DNA of 64,000 nt from Acidimicrobiaceae bacterium (lineage in GTDB: Bacteria; Actinomycetota; Acidimicrobiia; Acidimicrobiales; Aldehydirespiratoraceae), in contig JAPOYA010000001.1 of NCBI GenBank assembly GCA_026706815.1, positions 36,808 to 100,807 of the forward strand, written 5' to 3'. Made by a program: the position numbers and the translations under genes. This document shows, in pieces, positions 49,628 through 59,098 of the stretch. The notes under the pieces are model-generated. The model saw only the letters and a list, made by a program, of their open reading frames with translations. It was not told the DNA's origin and ran no database searches. Position 1 is the first letter of the stretch. Each line of letters opens with the position of its first letter.

Positions 49628-52051
49628 ATGAATCAAGAGGTGCGCTGCGTCATTGTCGGGGGCGGGGCCATGGGCGTGGGACTGCTCTACCATCTGGCCC
49701 ACGAGGGCTGGACCGACACGGTCCTCGTCGAGAAAGGCGAGCTGACCTCGGGATCCACCTGGCACGCGGCGGGGCTGATCCCCAACTTCATCGGCGATCT
49801 GAACATGGCGAAAGTGCATCAGGACGCCATCGCCCTCTATCCCGACATCGAACAGGAGACCGGCCTCTCAGCGGGCTGGCACGGATGCGGGGCGGTGAGG
49901 CTGGCGCGCACCGACGATGAGGTCGACTGGCACCGCTACGTACACGCCATGCTCAACCAGATCGGCGTGGAGTCCCACATCGTCGGGCCTGCCGAGGTGC
50001 AACGACTCAACCCGCTGCTCGAAGACCTCTCCGACGTGAAGACGGGGTTCTACACTCCCCACGACGGATGGACCGATCCCACGGGCTGCACCAACGCAAT
50101 GGCCAAAGGCGCCCGCCAACTCGGCTGCGAGATCCAGCGCCACAACCGGGTTGTCGACATGGCTCGACTTGCCGACGGACGCTGGCAGGTCGTCACCGAG
50201 AAAGGCGTCATCACCTGCGAGCACGTGGTCAACGCGGCGGGCCACTACGCCCCTCAGTTGGGCGCGATGATCGGCCTTGACGTGCCGATCGTCTCGGTCA
50301 TCCACCAGTACGTCGTCACAGAGCCGCTCGAGTCAATGAAGAACCTCGACTTCGAGCCGCCGGTTACGCGCGATCCCCGCTCTAGCTGCTACTACCGCCG
50401 CGAGATCGACGGGCTGCTGATCGGACCCTACGAGATGTCCAACGCCCAGATCTACGGCGTCGACGGGATCGACTGGGGGCTCGACTTCTATCTCACCCCG
50501 CCCGACGTCGACAACATCGCTGAATGCCTCGAACTGGCCATGCTGCGCATCCCCTCGTGGTCCGAAGCGGGAATCAAGAAGATCGTGTCGGGTCCGATCA
50601 CCCACACCCCCGACTCGGGCTATCTCATGGGACCGGCGCCGGGATTTCGCAACTACTGGCACTGCAACGGCGCCTCGATCGGAATCACCCAGGGCCCCGG
50701 AGCGGGCAAATATCTGGCTCAGTGGATCGTGTACGGCCAGACTGAGATCAATGTCAGGGGAATGGACCCGCGCCGTTTCGGAGACCACACCGGCCCCAAA
50801 TCGGTGTTCGCCATCGAGAAGGCGATCGACGAATACCACGAGATGTACCAGGTCCGCCTGCCCGGAGAGCAACGACCGGTGGCGCGAGGCCAGAAAGTCA
50901 ACCCGATCTACGGCCGCCTCGACGCTCTGGGAGCGCAATGGCAGGAGGTGTACGGCTGGGAGCGTCCGCAGTACTTCGGGGAACCCGAGCAGCACTCGTT
51001 CCGACGCTCCAATGCGTTCGACTTCGTCGCCGAGGAGGTTCGGGGCACTCGCCAACAGGTCGGTATCGCCGACCTCACGGCATTCGCCAAGTTCGAAGTC
51101 GCGGGAGTCGATGCGGCAGCGCTGCTAGATCGACTGTCCGCCAACAAGATCCCGACTCGAGACGGCGGGATCCGCCTAGTCCACATGCTGACCCCGCTCG
51201 GAGGCATCGAATGCGAGATGACGATCACCCGCTTCGCCGCCGACCGCTTCTATCTCAATTCAGCGGTGATGGGCACCACCCACGACTTGGACTGGCTCAA
51301 TGGCCACATCGAACCGGGCGAGGATGTGACCGTCACCGACGTCACCGACTCCCTCGGCCTGTTGGCCGTCACCGGGCCACGCGCCAGAGAAGTGCTGGCG
51401 CCTCTGACCGACGCCGACCTCGGCAACGATTCGTTCCGCTGGTTGACTGCTCAGGAGATCGAAGTGGCGGGAGTCGCCTGCAAAGCACTGCGGGTGTCTT
51501 ATGTCGGCGAGCTCGGCTGGGAACTGCACTGCCCGCTCGCTGAGACGGACGTGCTCTACGATGCGCTCGTGGCCGCCGGAGAACCCCACGGAATGGTCCA
51601 CTTCGGCGCATATGCGATGAACGTCATGCGCATCGAGAAGGGTTACAAGGCATGGGGTAGCGAACTCACAACCGAGATCACTCCGATCGAGGCCCGCCTC
51701 GAGCGCTTCGTCGACTTCACCGGTGATTTCATCGGCAAGGACGCTGCCGTGGCCCGGCGAGACCAGACCGAACCGCTGTCGATGGTGCTCGTCTATTGCG
51801 AAGTCGACGCCACCGACAACGACGTTCGGGGCAACGAAGGGGCCTACGATCAACACGGCCGGGTCATGGGGATCGCCACCAGCGGCACTTGGGGGCACAC
51901 GGTCGGCAAGAGTCTGGCCTTCGTGTACGTCGACCCGGCCTACGAAGCACCCGGTTCGACCTTCGAGCTGGAACTCCTCGGCGAGATGAGAACCGCGACC
52001 GTGCTGCCTGAGCCTGCCTACGACCCGACCAACTCGGTGCTGCGCGTCTAG
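49628..52051 (+). CDS. GcvT-family FAD-dependent dimethylglycine dehydrogenase-like protein
   Basis: VGGGAMG, ELTSGSTWHAAG, GPITHTPD, GWERP, SYVGELGWELH, MRIEKGY. Confidence 0.9.
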   Translation: MNQEVRCVIVGGGAMGVGLLYHLAHEGWTDTVLVEKGELTSGSTWHAAGLIPNFIGDLNMAKVHQDAIALYPDIEQETGLSAGWHGCGAVRLARTDDEVDWHRYVHAMLNQIGVESHIVGPAEVQRLNPLLEDLSDVKTGFYTPHDGWTDPTGCTNAMAKGARQLGCEIQRHNRVVDMARLADGRWQVVTEKGVITCEHVVNAAGHYAPQLGAMIGLDVPIVSVIHQYVVTEPLESMKNLDFEPPVTRDPRSSCYYRREIDGLLIGPYEMSNAQIYGVDGIDWGLDFYLTPPDVDNIAECLELAMLRIPSWSEAGIKKIVSGPITHTPDSGYLMGPAPGFRNYWHCNGASIGITQGPGAGKYLAQWIVYGQTEINVRGMDPRRFGDHTGPKSVFAIEKAIDEYHEMYQVRLPGEQRPVARGQKVNPIYGRLDALGAQWQEVYGWERPQYFGEPEQHSFRRSNAFDFVAEEVRGTRQQVGIADLTAFAKFEVAGVDAAALLDRLSANKIPTRDGGIRLVHMLTPLGGIECEMTITRFAADRFYLNSAVMGTTHDLDWLNGHIEPGEDVTVTDVTDSLGLLAVTGPRAREVLAPLTDADLGNDSFRWLTAQEIEVAGVACKALRVSYVGELGWELHCPLAETDVLYDALVAAGEPHGMVHFGAYAMNVMRIEKGYKAWGSELTTEITPIEARLERFVDFTGDFIGKDAAVARRDQTEPLSMVLVYCEVDATDNDVRGNEGAYDQHGRVMGIATSGTWGHTVGKSLAFVYVDPAYEAPGSTFELELLGEMRTATVLPEPAYDPTNSVLRV

Positions 52052-52132
52052 CTGCGCCTAGCCGCCCGTGATGCGTTACTGTTTCTCAATCACACTGTTT
52101 CGCAGCCGCACGGGAGGAACTGTGACCGTACC

Positions 52133-53683
52133 GTGAGCCGAGAGCCTCGTCGCAGAAGGTCGGGAGGACGCGCCGGGCGCATCGCCGAACGCGCGGCGCC
52201 TTTGCAAGCAGACGAGCGCCCGGTTCGGCCCGGACTCCCAGGGGGGAGATACCAGCCCCTGTCGTCTGCGGAGATGCAGCAGGTCTACGACACTGCCCTC
52301 GGTCTTCTGGAACGCGTGGGAATGGGCTCTCCGGTTCCCGAGTTCGTGCAGGTGGTCGTGGACGCGGGCGGGAGCCTCGACGATTCGGGACGGCTCCTCT
52401 ACCCCAGAGGACTGGTTGAGAACGCCATAGCAACGGCTGCCAAAGAGTGGACATGGCATGGCTTCGACGATGACAAATCGGTAGAGGTCGGAGGCGATCG
52501 GGTCCACTTCGGAACCGCCGGAGCGGCGGTGCTGATGTACGACTACGAGACCAACACATTCCGCCACAGCACCGCACAAGACGTCTACGACTGTGCCCGC
52601 CTGGTCGACCATCTCGACAACATTCATTTCTTCGTTCGCACCGTTGTGGCACGGGACCAGGAAGACTCGCGCGAACTGGATCTGAACACTGCCTACGCTG
52701 CCACGGTCGGCACGGGCAAACCTGTCGGCACATCGTGGTTCGAGCGGGAGCATGTCTATGAGACCGTCGAGATGTACGACATCCTGGCGGGCGGGGAAGG
52801 GTCGTTCCGCAAACGGCCGTTCGTGGCAGCCAACAACACTTTCGTGGTGCCGCCTCTGCGCTTCGCCGAGGAGTCCACCAACTGCATGGTCGCGCAGGTG
52901 GAGACGGGAATGCCGATCAACCTGTTGTCCGCAGGCCAGGCCGGGGCGACTTCGCCTGCGGCTCTGGCGGGTTCGCTGGCCCAGGCGCTCGCCGAGTGCC
53001 TGTCGGCTCTCACCGCGGTCAACTTGATGAGCCCTGGCCACCCCTGCGTGATGGGGATGTGGCCCTTCGTCTCCGACCTCCGCACGGGGGCGATGAGCGG
53101 GGGAAGCGGCGAGGAGGGAGTGCTCAACGCGGCCGCCGCGCAGGTCGTGAACTGGATGGGACTCCCGTCGGGTGTGGCCGCGGGAATGACCGATTCGAAA
53201 GTCCCAGACAACCAGGCTGGTTACGAGAAGGGGATCAATGTCACACTCGCGGGCCAGGCGGGCGCCAACCTCGTATATGAGAGCGCGGGGATGCTCGGGA
53301 GTCTGCTGAGCTGCTCACTGGAGGCCCTGGTGATCGACAACGACATGTTGGGCTCGATCAACCGCACCGTTCGCGGAATAGAGGTCAACGAGGAAACGCT
53401 GTCGGCGGACCTGATCGAAGAAGTAGTGAGCGGTCCGGGACACTTCCTCGGCTCGCCGCAGACCCTCGAGTTGATGCAGAAGGAGTACATCTATCCACTT
53501 ATTGGGGATCGGGACACGCCCGATGACTGGCTCGACGCCGGCGGCAAGGACGCTCTGCGAGTCGCACATGCATACGCCCAAGAGGTCTTGGCCTCTTATT
53601 TTCCCACCCACGTCGACCCTGTTGCCGACGCCGCGGCCCGCGAGCGGTACGGCATCGTGGTCGATCGCAGTGGCGCTGGTTGA
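52133..53683 (+). CDS. Trimethylamine methyltransferase (MttB) family, non-pyrrolysine
   Basis: GATSPAALAGSL, DLRTGAMSGGSGE, DSKVPDNQAGYEK, GPGHFLG; no in-frame TAG. Confidence 0.9.
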   Translation: MSREPRRRRSGGRAGRIAERAAPLQADERPVRPGLPGGRYQPLSSAEMQQVYDTALGLLERVGMGSPVPEFVQVVVDAGGSLDDSGRLLYPRGLVENAIATAAKEWTWHGFDDDKSVEVGGDRVHFGTAGAAVLMYDYETNTFRHSTAQDVYDCARLVDHLDNIHFFVRTVVARDQEDSRELDLNTAYAATVGTGKPVGTSWFEREHVYETVEMYDILAGGEGSFRKRPFVAANNTFVVPPLRFAEESTNCMVAQVETGMPINLLSAGQAGATSPAALAGSLAQALAECLSALTAVNLMSPGHPCVMGMWPFVSDLRTGAMSGGSGEEGVLNAAAAQVVNWMGLPSGVAAGMTDSKVPDNQAGYEKGINVTLAGQAGANLVYESAGMLGSLLSCSLEALVIDNDMLGSINRTVRGIEVNEETLSADLIEEVVSGPGHFLGSPQTLELMQKEYIYPLIGDRDTPDDWLDAGGKDALRVAHAYAQEVLASYFPTHVDPVADAAARERYGIVVDRSGAG

Positions 53684-53727
53684 CCCGGATCCTTACCCAG
53701 AGGCAAGCGAGTTGGGACGGAGTTGGA

Positions 53728-56700
53728 TCAAAAAATCCCTCGACGGACCGTCTCGGCCTCTCGGTCGTTGATTCCGGCTTCGCGCTCGTAGCTTTCGGCT
53801 AGCCCCCTGAGGATCTCCGCTGTGCGGGGCCACTTTTGGAAGCGGCGGGCTTGCGCTCTGTAGTTCCCGGCGAGTTGGCGCTCTTGCTCACCTCCGTCGG
53901 TTGCTGAACGGGATGTGACGCCTCGCTGATTGAGGATGCCACATTCGAGACCTTGATCGACTTGGGCGGTTTGCAGTCGTTCCAGCAGGTTGCGAACGGC
54001 TTCACCGGGCCAGTCTCCGTTTGAATCCGGCGGAGAGAACGCGAGTGCTGTTCCGATCATCTGGTCACCGATATCCGCACGGTCGATAGCTGCCAGTTTC
54101 TCGCGAGTTTCGTCGACCCACTCGTCGAGTGAGCCCGCATCAAGGTCGCCGTTGTCATTGAGCGCTGGAGCGAAATGCACAGGAGGCCAGTGATTCAAGA
54201 CCTCCCAAGCGTTGTGGGCGGCGTGTTGCTGGGCCTCGGTCAGCGTTGTCTGCTCGGCGGGCGCGCGGTTTGCCGGCTTGAAAGCGGTCTCGACCAACTG
54301 AACGAACAGCGCTGGGTCACGTGCCATCTCCCGGTACAGATTCGGCGCGTCGAAACGCATGCCTCTCTGCAACAGCGGAAGGTATTGCCATTCCAGTATG
54401 GCGACGCGTCCAGTGCCGAGGTGATCGCGGTGATCGTTGAGCAATTCGATCAATGTCTTGAGGCCCCTTTGGGTCGTTGCTGATTCACCCTTGTCCTTGC
54501 CCGGATGATTGACCCACTGCTCCAAGGCTGCGGCAACCTCTTCGGCGATCTCGGACTCACTTGAATGACTGTCAGAGCGGCGTGCCAATAGATTCACGGC
54601 CAAATCGACGCGCTCTGCCTCGCGCAACTGGCGGCTGATCTTTAGCAGGTCGCTCAACTCGTCGATACCCCCGATGTCGTAGAAGCTGATACGGCTCCAA
54701 TACTCGGCGGCGATGTCGGATCGGTGAGCATCCACCCGTGACCATGCGCGTGCCGCCGGGGGAGCCGCGCGGAGGATGTCTGCGGCGACTTGCGACGAAA
54801 CGCCGCGGTCCTTGATGATCCGCTCGAAGCCCTCCCACCCCAGGGTGGCGAATCGCCGGCTGAAGTAGCCCAAGCTGAACGACGTGATCTCTGCGGTGAC
54901 CTCCTCCATGATTTGGAGGACGTCGTGGTCCAGTGTTGGATCGCAGCTCGCCAGGGCGAAACCTGCTGAGCGCGGGGAGTCGACGGTTACGGCGAACTCG
55001 AGCACCGCCTGCATACCTCCGTCGGCCAGGATCGTCTCGACGGCTCCCGTCTGCCTCGATTGCAACGCCTCTTGAAACTCCTCGTGGCCGTCCACGGCGC
55101 GCACAGCGTCAACGGACCTTAGATCCGCTGAGAACAGGTAGCCGAACGCAGCGTCGTGTGCGGACGGACGCAGTCTTTGGATCAACTGGTCGAGCACCTG
55201 TAGATCGCTTTCTGGGAGGGTCCACGAGGAATCGCTGAACTCGCGATGACGACTCGTGAAGTTCCGCAATTCAGGCCAGACCGCGGACTTGAATTGTTCC
55301 GGCACCGCTCTGTCAGACAATTCCTCCAGTTGCGAGACTGATCTGCGGCGGATCGAGTTGGGCATGTCGTTCATGCGTTTTATCAACTGGACCCATCGGC
55401 CGGGATCATCGTCGACATCCTCCAGGATCATCTCCTCGACCGCGGACACCATGGCGGCTCGCTCTTGGGGAGTGACGACGGGTTGGACTGCCCTCCAATC
55501 TCGATATTGCGGCAATGCCCCGGGTGTCTGGACGCTGTGGTGTTGTGGGAGCATTGAGAGCATCAGCGTCCAGGCGACGTCTGGGTGGAACCGCCGCAGC
55601 ATTTCAAGTGCTGCTAGCCGGTCCTCCGCATCGGCGGATGTGTACGGCATCCAGGTGCACATGATCGAAGCGAGCGCTGTAGCGGGCCTAGTTGTGTACA
55701 TGCCGCCGGGGTCGAGTTCGTCGAGCCTTGCGAGCACATCGGCAACGGCTAACAGATGTTCGGGCGACCACGCGATGACTTCTAGAGCATTCAGGATTCG
55801 AAGATGAGGCGACGACGAACCGAAACCGAGACGGGCAGTGTTGTCGGTGAACATGACCTGCGTGAAGGCGTGCTGTTCCGCGACGCAGGTCCGCAAGCTC
55901 TCGAGCACTGCCCCAGGCGCAGCCTCGGCGAGCAGCGGCAACGTGTCGGTGATGGCAATCCAGGTACTCGGGGTAGCGTCTTCCATCGCAGATCTGAGCA
56001 CTCGACGGGTTGTGCCCTCAGCGAAGGTCGACGTTGGCGTCGGTTCGCCGCGCGGTGTGGGAGGGTTGCTTCCTGCAAGTGCGAGTGTGGTTGCTATCCC
56101 TTGTTTGAGCCTGGATGAGTACTTGGCCTTCGTGCCCTCAATCTGGTCTCGGAGTGTTTCCTCGCCGCTCAACTCCCGCAGTGGGTCAGGAGCCGTAAGT
56201 ACATCGAGTGCGATTGCTGAGAAACTGTCCAGATCACTGGGAGAGAGTTGGTTGTGCAGCAGCATCCAGGTGTCTTCGGGCGATACGGCGTGCCACAGTT
56301 CGCCGGTCGAAGTCATCGGTGAGTCAGCAGCGTCGAGTTGCCGCAGCGCCTCTGCCACTTCCTCGAAAGAGTGGTTGATGAACTTTTTGACGATCTCACG
56401 GTCACCCTCATGAGCCTCATTCCAACCGCCGAGAAGCAGGCTCCGCCGTATTGTCTGGTCGGCCCGCCCGGTTGCCCAGCTTGGCATGTGCAAGGCTGGG
56501 TCGACACTGAGATTCCGCCGGAGCGCCATCAAGCTGATTCGTGCCAGTCCGGCCAGACGGTACGCCTCATGGAGTTCCTCGCCGGTTTCCTCGAACTGCG
56601 TGCGAACCAGTTCAGAGTCAACCGGCTCGAGGACGATTGTGGCCTGGGTGCTCCCCGGGACCGGCACGATCATTCGATGAGGACTCCGGGCTGGTAGGTG

Positions 56701-58134
56701 TTGCGCATAGTCCGCTGACGGCACCACCATCGTCAACACGGGGACGTTTGTTTGCTGGCTCGGTTGAGTCGACAGGGATTCCTGGGCAAACAACCGTTCG
56801 GCGGTGTCATGACAATCCACATAGAGCACATGTGCAGCGTCGACTCGCTCAGCGTCACCGACCCCGAGCGCCGCGGCGACGAATGCGATGATCTCGTCGC
56901 GGTGGACTTGACCGCCGATCGTGATCGCGCCGGGCTGCTGCTCGCAGCGCCCGCGTAGATCGGCGGAGTCCTGCTCGCGTCCTGCGAGCACGATGCCCTC
57001 GTCGAGGGGAGCAGTTGTTGCTGTCAGCCACTTCTCCCACCACTTGGCCAGCAGTTGGATGCCGACGGTGGGCTTATTGATCTGCTCGCGCATCCAGACA
57101 GTCGTGGCGACGGCGCAGGCGAGCCAGTCTTCGAGGCTGTCGACGTTCAAGGCACTGACCCTGCTGAAGTCGCCCTTGCTGGAGTACTCGGACTCAAATT
57201 CCCGTGCTTGGGTCCAAGGGGCGCACGCTGCCGAGACGTATGCAATCTCGTCACGTTCGGCAGGCAACTGATTCTTAACGCGCTTCTCGTAGTCGTCGAC
57301 GACCTTGGCCTGGGTGCCGCTCTGTTGTGTCGTCAACTCCCACATAGACGTCCCGGCGGGAACGAAGCGGTTTCCTCGAGCGCATCTGACAACCCCGTCC
57401 CAACCGGGTGACGAAACACCGGTGCCAGCAGGCATATCGATCCATTCCGCCGATGGCTCAGTTTCGGCGATCAGGCTGCGCACCAGTCTCGGAAATTCCG
57501 CGGCAGCGCGACTGGAGGAAGCCCAACTAAGCAGGTCGTCTCGGGTGACCCGCAGCGATTCAGGCACCGTGGGCAAGAGATGGATGGGAGGTTTCATGGT
57601 TTGCGCCAACTCGCAGGCGAGCCTGCGGTCATCCTCAGAGCAGAGAGCCACAAGGCCGGTTCCCCGCAATCCCTCAGCGATTCGCCCGAGGTCGCGGACA
57701 TGATCCGCATCGAGGGGACATCGAATCGCGAACTCCTGCAGAGTTTCCCCGGCGTCTACCGCCGCTCGCAGATCTGCAATCTTTGGGTTAGCTCTCGCAA
57801 AGGCCTCGCGGAGTTCATCGGTCGCCACTGCTGCTAGTTCTCCATCCACGGTCGCGTCGCCACGCAACTGCGCCTCTTCGACTATCTGGCGGAGCCAACC
57901 CCGCCGCGCAATATCGTCCTCCACATAGCCGAACGCACTAAGCCGCCTGCCTGCTCCAGCCAAGATCCGCGCTCTCGCTTTGCTGTCGTTTGGTCCGGGC
58001 AGTCTGCGCAGCCCCTCAATCCATGCCTGTTCAAGTTCGAGGAAATCGGTCGCTCCGGCGATGCGTTCAAGCGCGGAGTCGACTATCTCCTGTGTCGTCT
58101 CGGCGGGCGGTTTCGACGCGGCGGTTGCGGTCAT
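53728..58134 (-). CDS. 1468-aa putative defence protein: unknown N-domain, restriction-endonuclease-like domain, degenerate STAND-like module, helical repeats
   Basis: Long uninterrupted ORF; FPRLVRSLI..PGWDG..WEL..DYEKR; LAGREQ..RDEIIAFV; SLMALRR; LLGGW. ATG overlaps the upstream TGA. Confidence 0.7.
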   Translation of the reverse strand: MTATAASKPPAETTQEIVDSALERIAGATDFLELEQAWIEGLRRLPGPNDSKARARILAGAGRRLSAFGYVEDDIARRGWLRQIVEEAQLRGDATVDGELAAVATDELREAFARANPKIADLRAAVDAGETLQEFAIRCPLDADHVRDLGRIAEGLRGTGLVALCSEDDRRLACELAQTMKPPIHLLPTVPESLRVTRDDLLSWASSSRAAAEFPRLVRSLIAETEPSAEWIDMPAGTGVSSPGWDGVVRCARGNRFVPAGTSMWELTTQQSGTQAKVVDDYEKRVKNQLPAERDEIAYVSAACAPWTQAREFESEYSSKGDFSRVSALNVDSLEDWLACAVATTVWMREQINKPTVGIQLLAKWWEKWLTATTAPLDEGIVLAGREQDSADLRGRCEQQPGAITIGGQVHRDEIIAFVAAALGVGDAERVDAAHVLYVDCHDTAERLFAQESLSTQPSQQTNVPVLTMVVPSADYAQHLPARSPHRMIVPVPGSTQATIVLEPVDSELVRTQFEETGEELHEAYRLAGLARISLMALRRNLSVDPALHMPSWATGRADQTIRRSLLLGGWNEAHEGDREIVKKFINHSFEEVAEALRQLDAADSPMTSTGELWHAVSPEDTWMLLHNQLSPSDLDSFSAIALDVLTAPDPLRELSGEETLRDQIEGTKAKYSSRLKQGIATTLALAGSNPPTPRGEPTPTSTFAEGTTRRVLRSAMEDATPSTWIAITDTLPLLAEAAPGAVLESLRTCVAEQHAFTQVMFTDNTARLGFGSSSPHLRILNALEVIAWSPEHLLAVADVLARLDELDPGGMYTTRPATALASIMCTWMPYTSADAEDRLAALEMLRRFHPDVAWTLMLSMLPQHHSVQTPGALPQYRDWRAVQPVVTPQERAAMVSAVEEMILEDVDDDPGRWVQLIKRMNDMPNSIRRRSVSQLEELSDRAVPEQFKSAVWPELRNFTSRHREFSDSSWTLPESDLQVLDQLIQRLRPSAHDAAFGYLFSADLRSVDAVRAVDGHEEFQEALQSRQTGAVETILADGGMQAVLEFAVTVDSPRSAGFALASCDPTLDHDVLQIMEEVTAEITSFSLGYFSRRFATLGWEGFERIIKDRGVSSQVAADILRAAPPAARAWSRVDAHRSDIAAEYWSRISFYDIGGIDELSDLLKISRQLREAERVDLAVNLLARRSDSHSSESEIAEEVAAALEQWVNHPGKDKGESATTQRGLKTLIELLNDHRDHLGTGRVAILEWQYLPLLQRGMRFDAPNLYREMARDPALFVQLVETAFKPANRAPAEQTTLTEAQQHAAHNAWEVLNHWPPVHFAPALNDNGDLDAGSLDEWVDETREKLAAIDRADIGDQMIGTALAFSPPDSNGDWPGEAVRNLLERLQTAQVDQGLECGILNQRGVTSRSATDGGEQERQLAGNYRAQARRFQKWPRTAEILRGLAESYEREAGINDREAETVRRGIF

Positions 58135-58523
58135 GATGCTCCTAAATCGTACCCGCGTAGGGCTTGCAGGGGAATGTGGATTCCAGCCGATTCGAATGCT
58201 GTTCGAGCGATCTCGAGGCTTGCTTCGGCCGGACGGTAGTGGCCGCTGATGTTGTTGAGCGCCGACACGACAAATGATCCGTGCTCGGCTCTAATTTCGA
58301 GTTCTCCAGCGGCTTGCACGGGACCGCCGTCGGCGAGCACTGCATGAGTAATGTGCTCAACCCCAACTTGTCGTTTAGACACCAGCAACCGCCCGCTTGC
58401 AACGACGTAGATGAGTCGCACGCCTTCGGCTGCGAGGGAGTCGAATTCTCTGCCGGGAATCTCAATGGGTCTGAGTCCGACTCGCCGAGCCGCCTCCATC
58501 TCTCCTTGAAGTTGCGAAGGCAT
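58131..58523 (-). CDS. Stand-alone toxin-like domain (H..A.G.PV.AAGE...N.SGHY.P motif)
   Basis: ITHAVLADGGPVQAAGELEI...LNNISGHYRP; 4-nt ATGA overlap with the downstream gene. Confidence 0.7.
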   Translation of the reverse strand: MPSQLQGEMEAARRVGLRPIEIPGREFDSLAAEGVRLIYVVASGRLLVSKRQVGVEHITHAVLADGGPVQAAGELEIRAEHGSFVVSALNNISGHYRPAEASLEIARTAFESAGIHIPLQALRGYDLGAS

Positions 58524-58848
58524 CCGGTTGTAGTAGCTGGGAGGCAAGGTACAGCTTCTGTCCTCATAGCTTATCAATTCTTTCCATTCTAGTTATACAT
58601 GAAAATACATGAAAATGCGGATATATGTTCGTAGTCCGAGTACAGTGCGGTCGCTCCCGCAGGTGCGGACTTCACCGTCGGCCAGACTCGGGATGCGGAC
58701 CGCCACGGGGCTGACGGTTCAGCGTGATAGCGGGCCGCGCCGGGGCGAGTCGGCGCTTATGTTCACGCTGGCGGCTTCGGTGGGGCATGATGGACAGCGA
58801 CCTGAACGGAAAGCGACCCCAATAGGACTGAATAGGAAAGGTGACGCC

Positions 58849-59040
58849 ATGAAGATCGTGGTTGACTTCGACCTCTGTGAGAGCAACGCCATCTGCATGC
58901 AGATTGCTCCGGACATCTTTGAAGTACGCGACGACGACTTCCTGTACGTGCTCAACGAAGAGCCCGGTGAGGAAGATCGCGCTCGCGTCGACGAGTGCGT
59001 TCAGCGTTGCCCCAAGCAGGCCATCTCAGTACAGGGTTGA
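58849..59040 (+). CDS. Ferredoxin (3Fe-4S type)
   Basis: MKIVVDFDLCESNAICMQIAPDIF..CPKQAI; AAAGGTG upstream. Confidence 0.93.
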   Translation: MKIVVDFDLCESNAICMQIAPDIFEVRDDDFLYVLNEEPGEEDRARVDECVQRCPKQAISVQG

Positions 59041-59098
59041 GTTTCTGGGTCAAGGGCAGGGTTGGCGGCACTGACGGCACGACGACCGCGGAACCTCC

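Noticed and set aside
52133-53683. Pyrrolysine recoding in MttB
   Set aside because: No in-frame TAG; Lys codon at the apparent position.
58142-58567. Alternative 141-aa ORF overlapping the SGHY gene
   Set aside because: No motif. The other frame has the conserved motif and the ATGA coupling.
53684-58700. Integrative element or transposon boundaries around the toxin module
   Set aside because: No integrase, transposase, tRNA or flanking direct/inverted repeats were found by eye.
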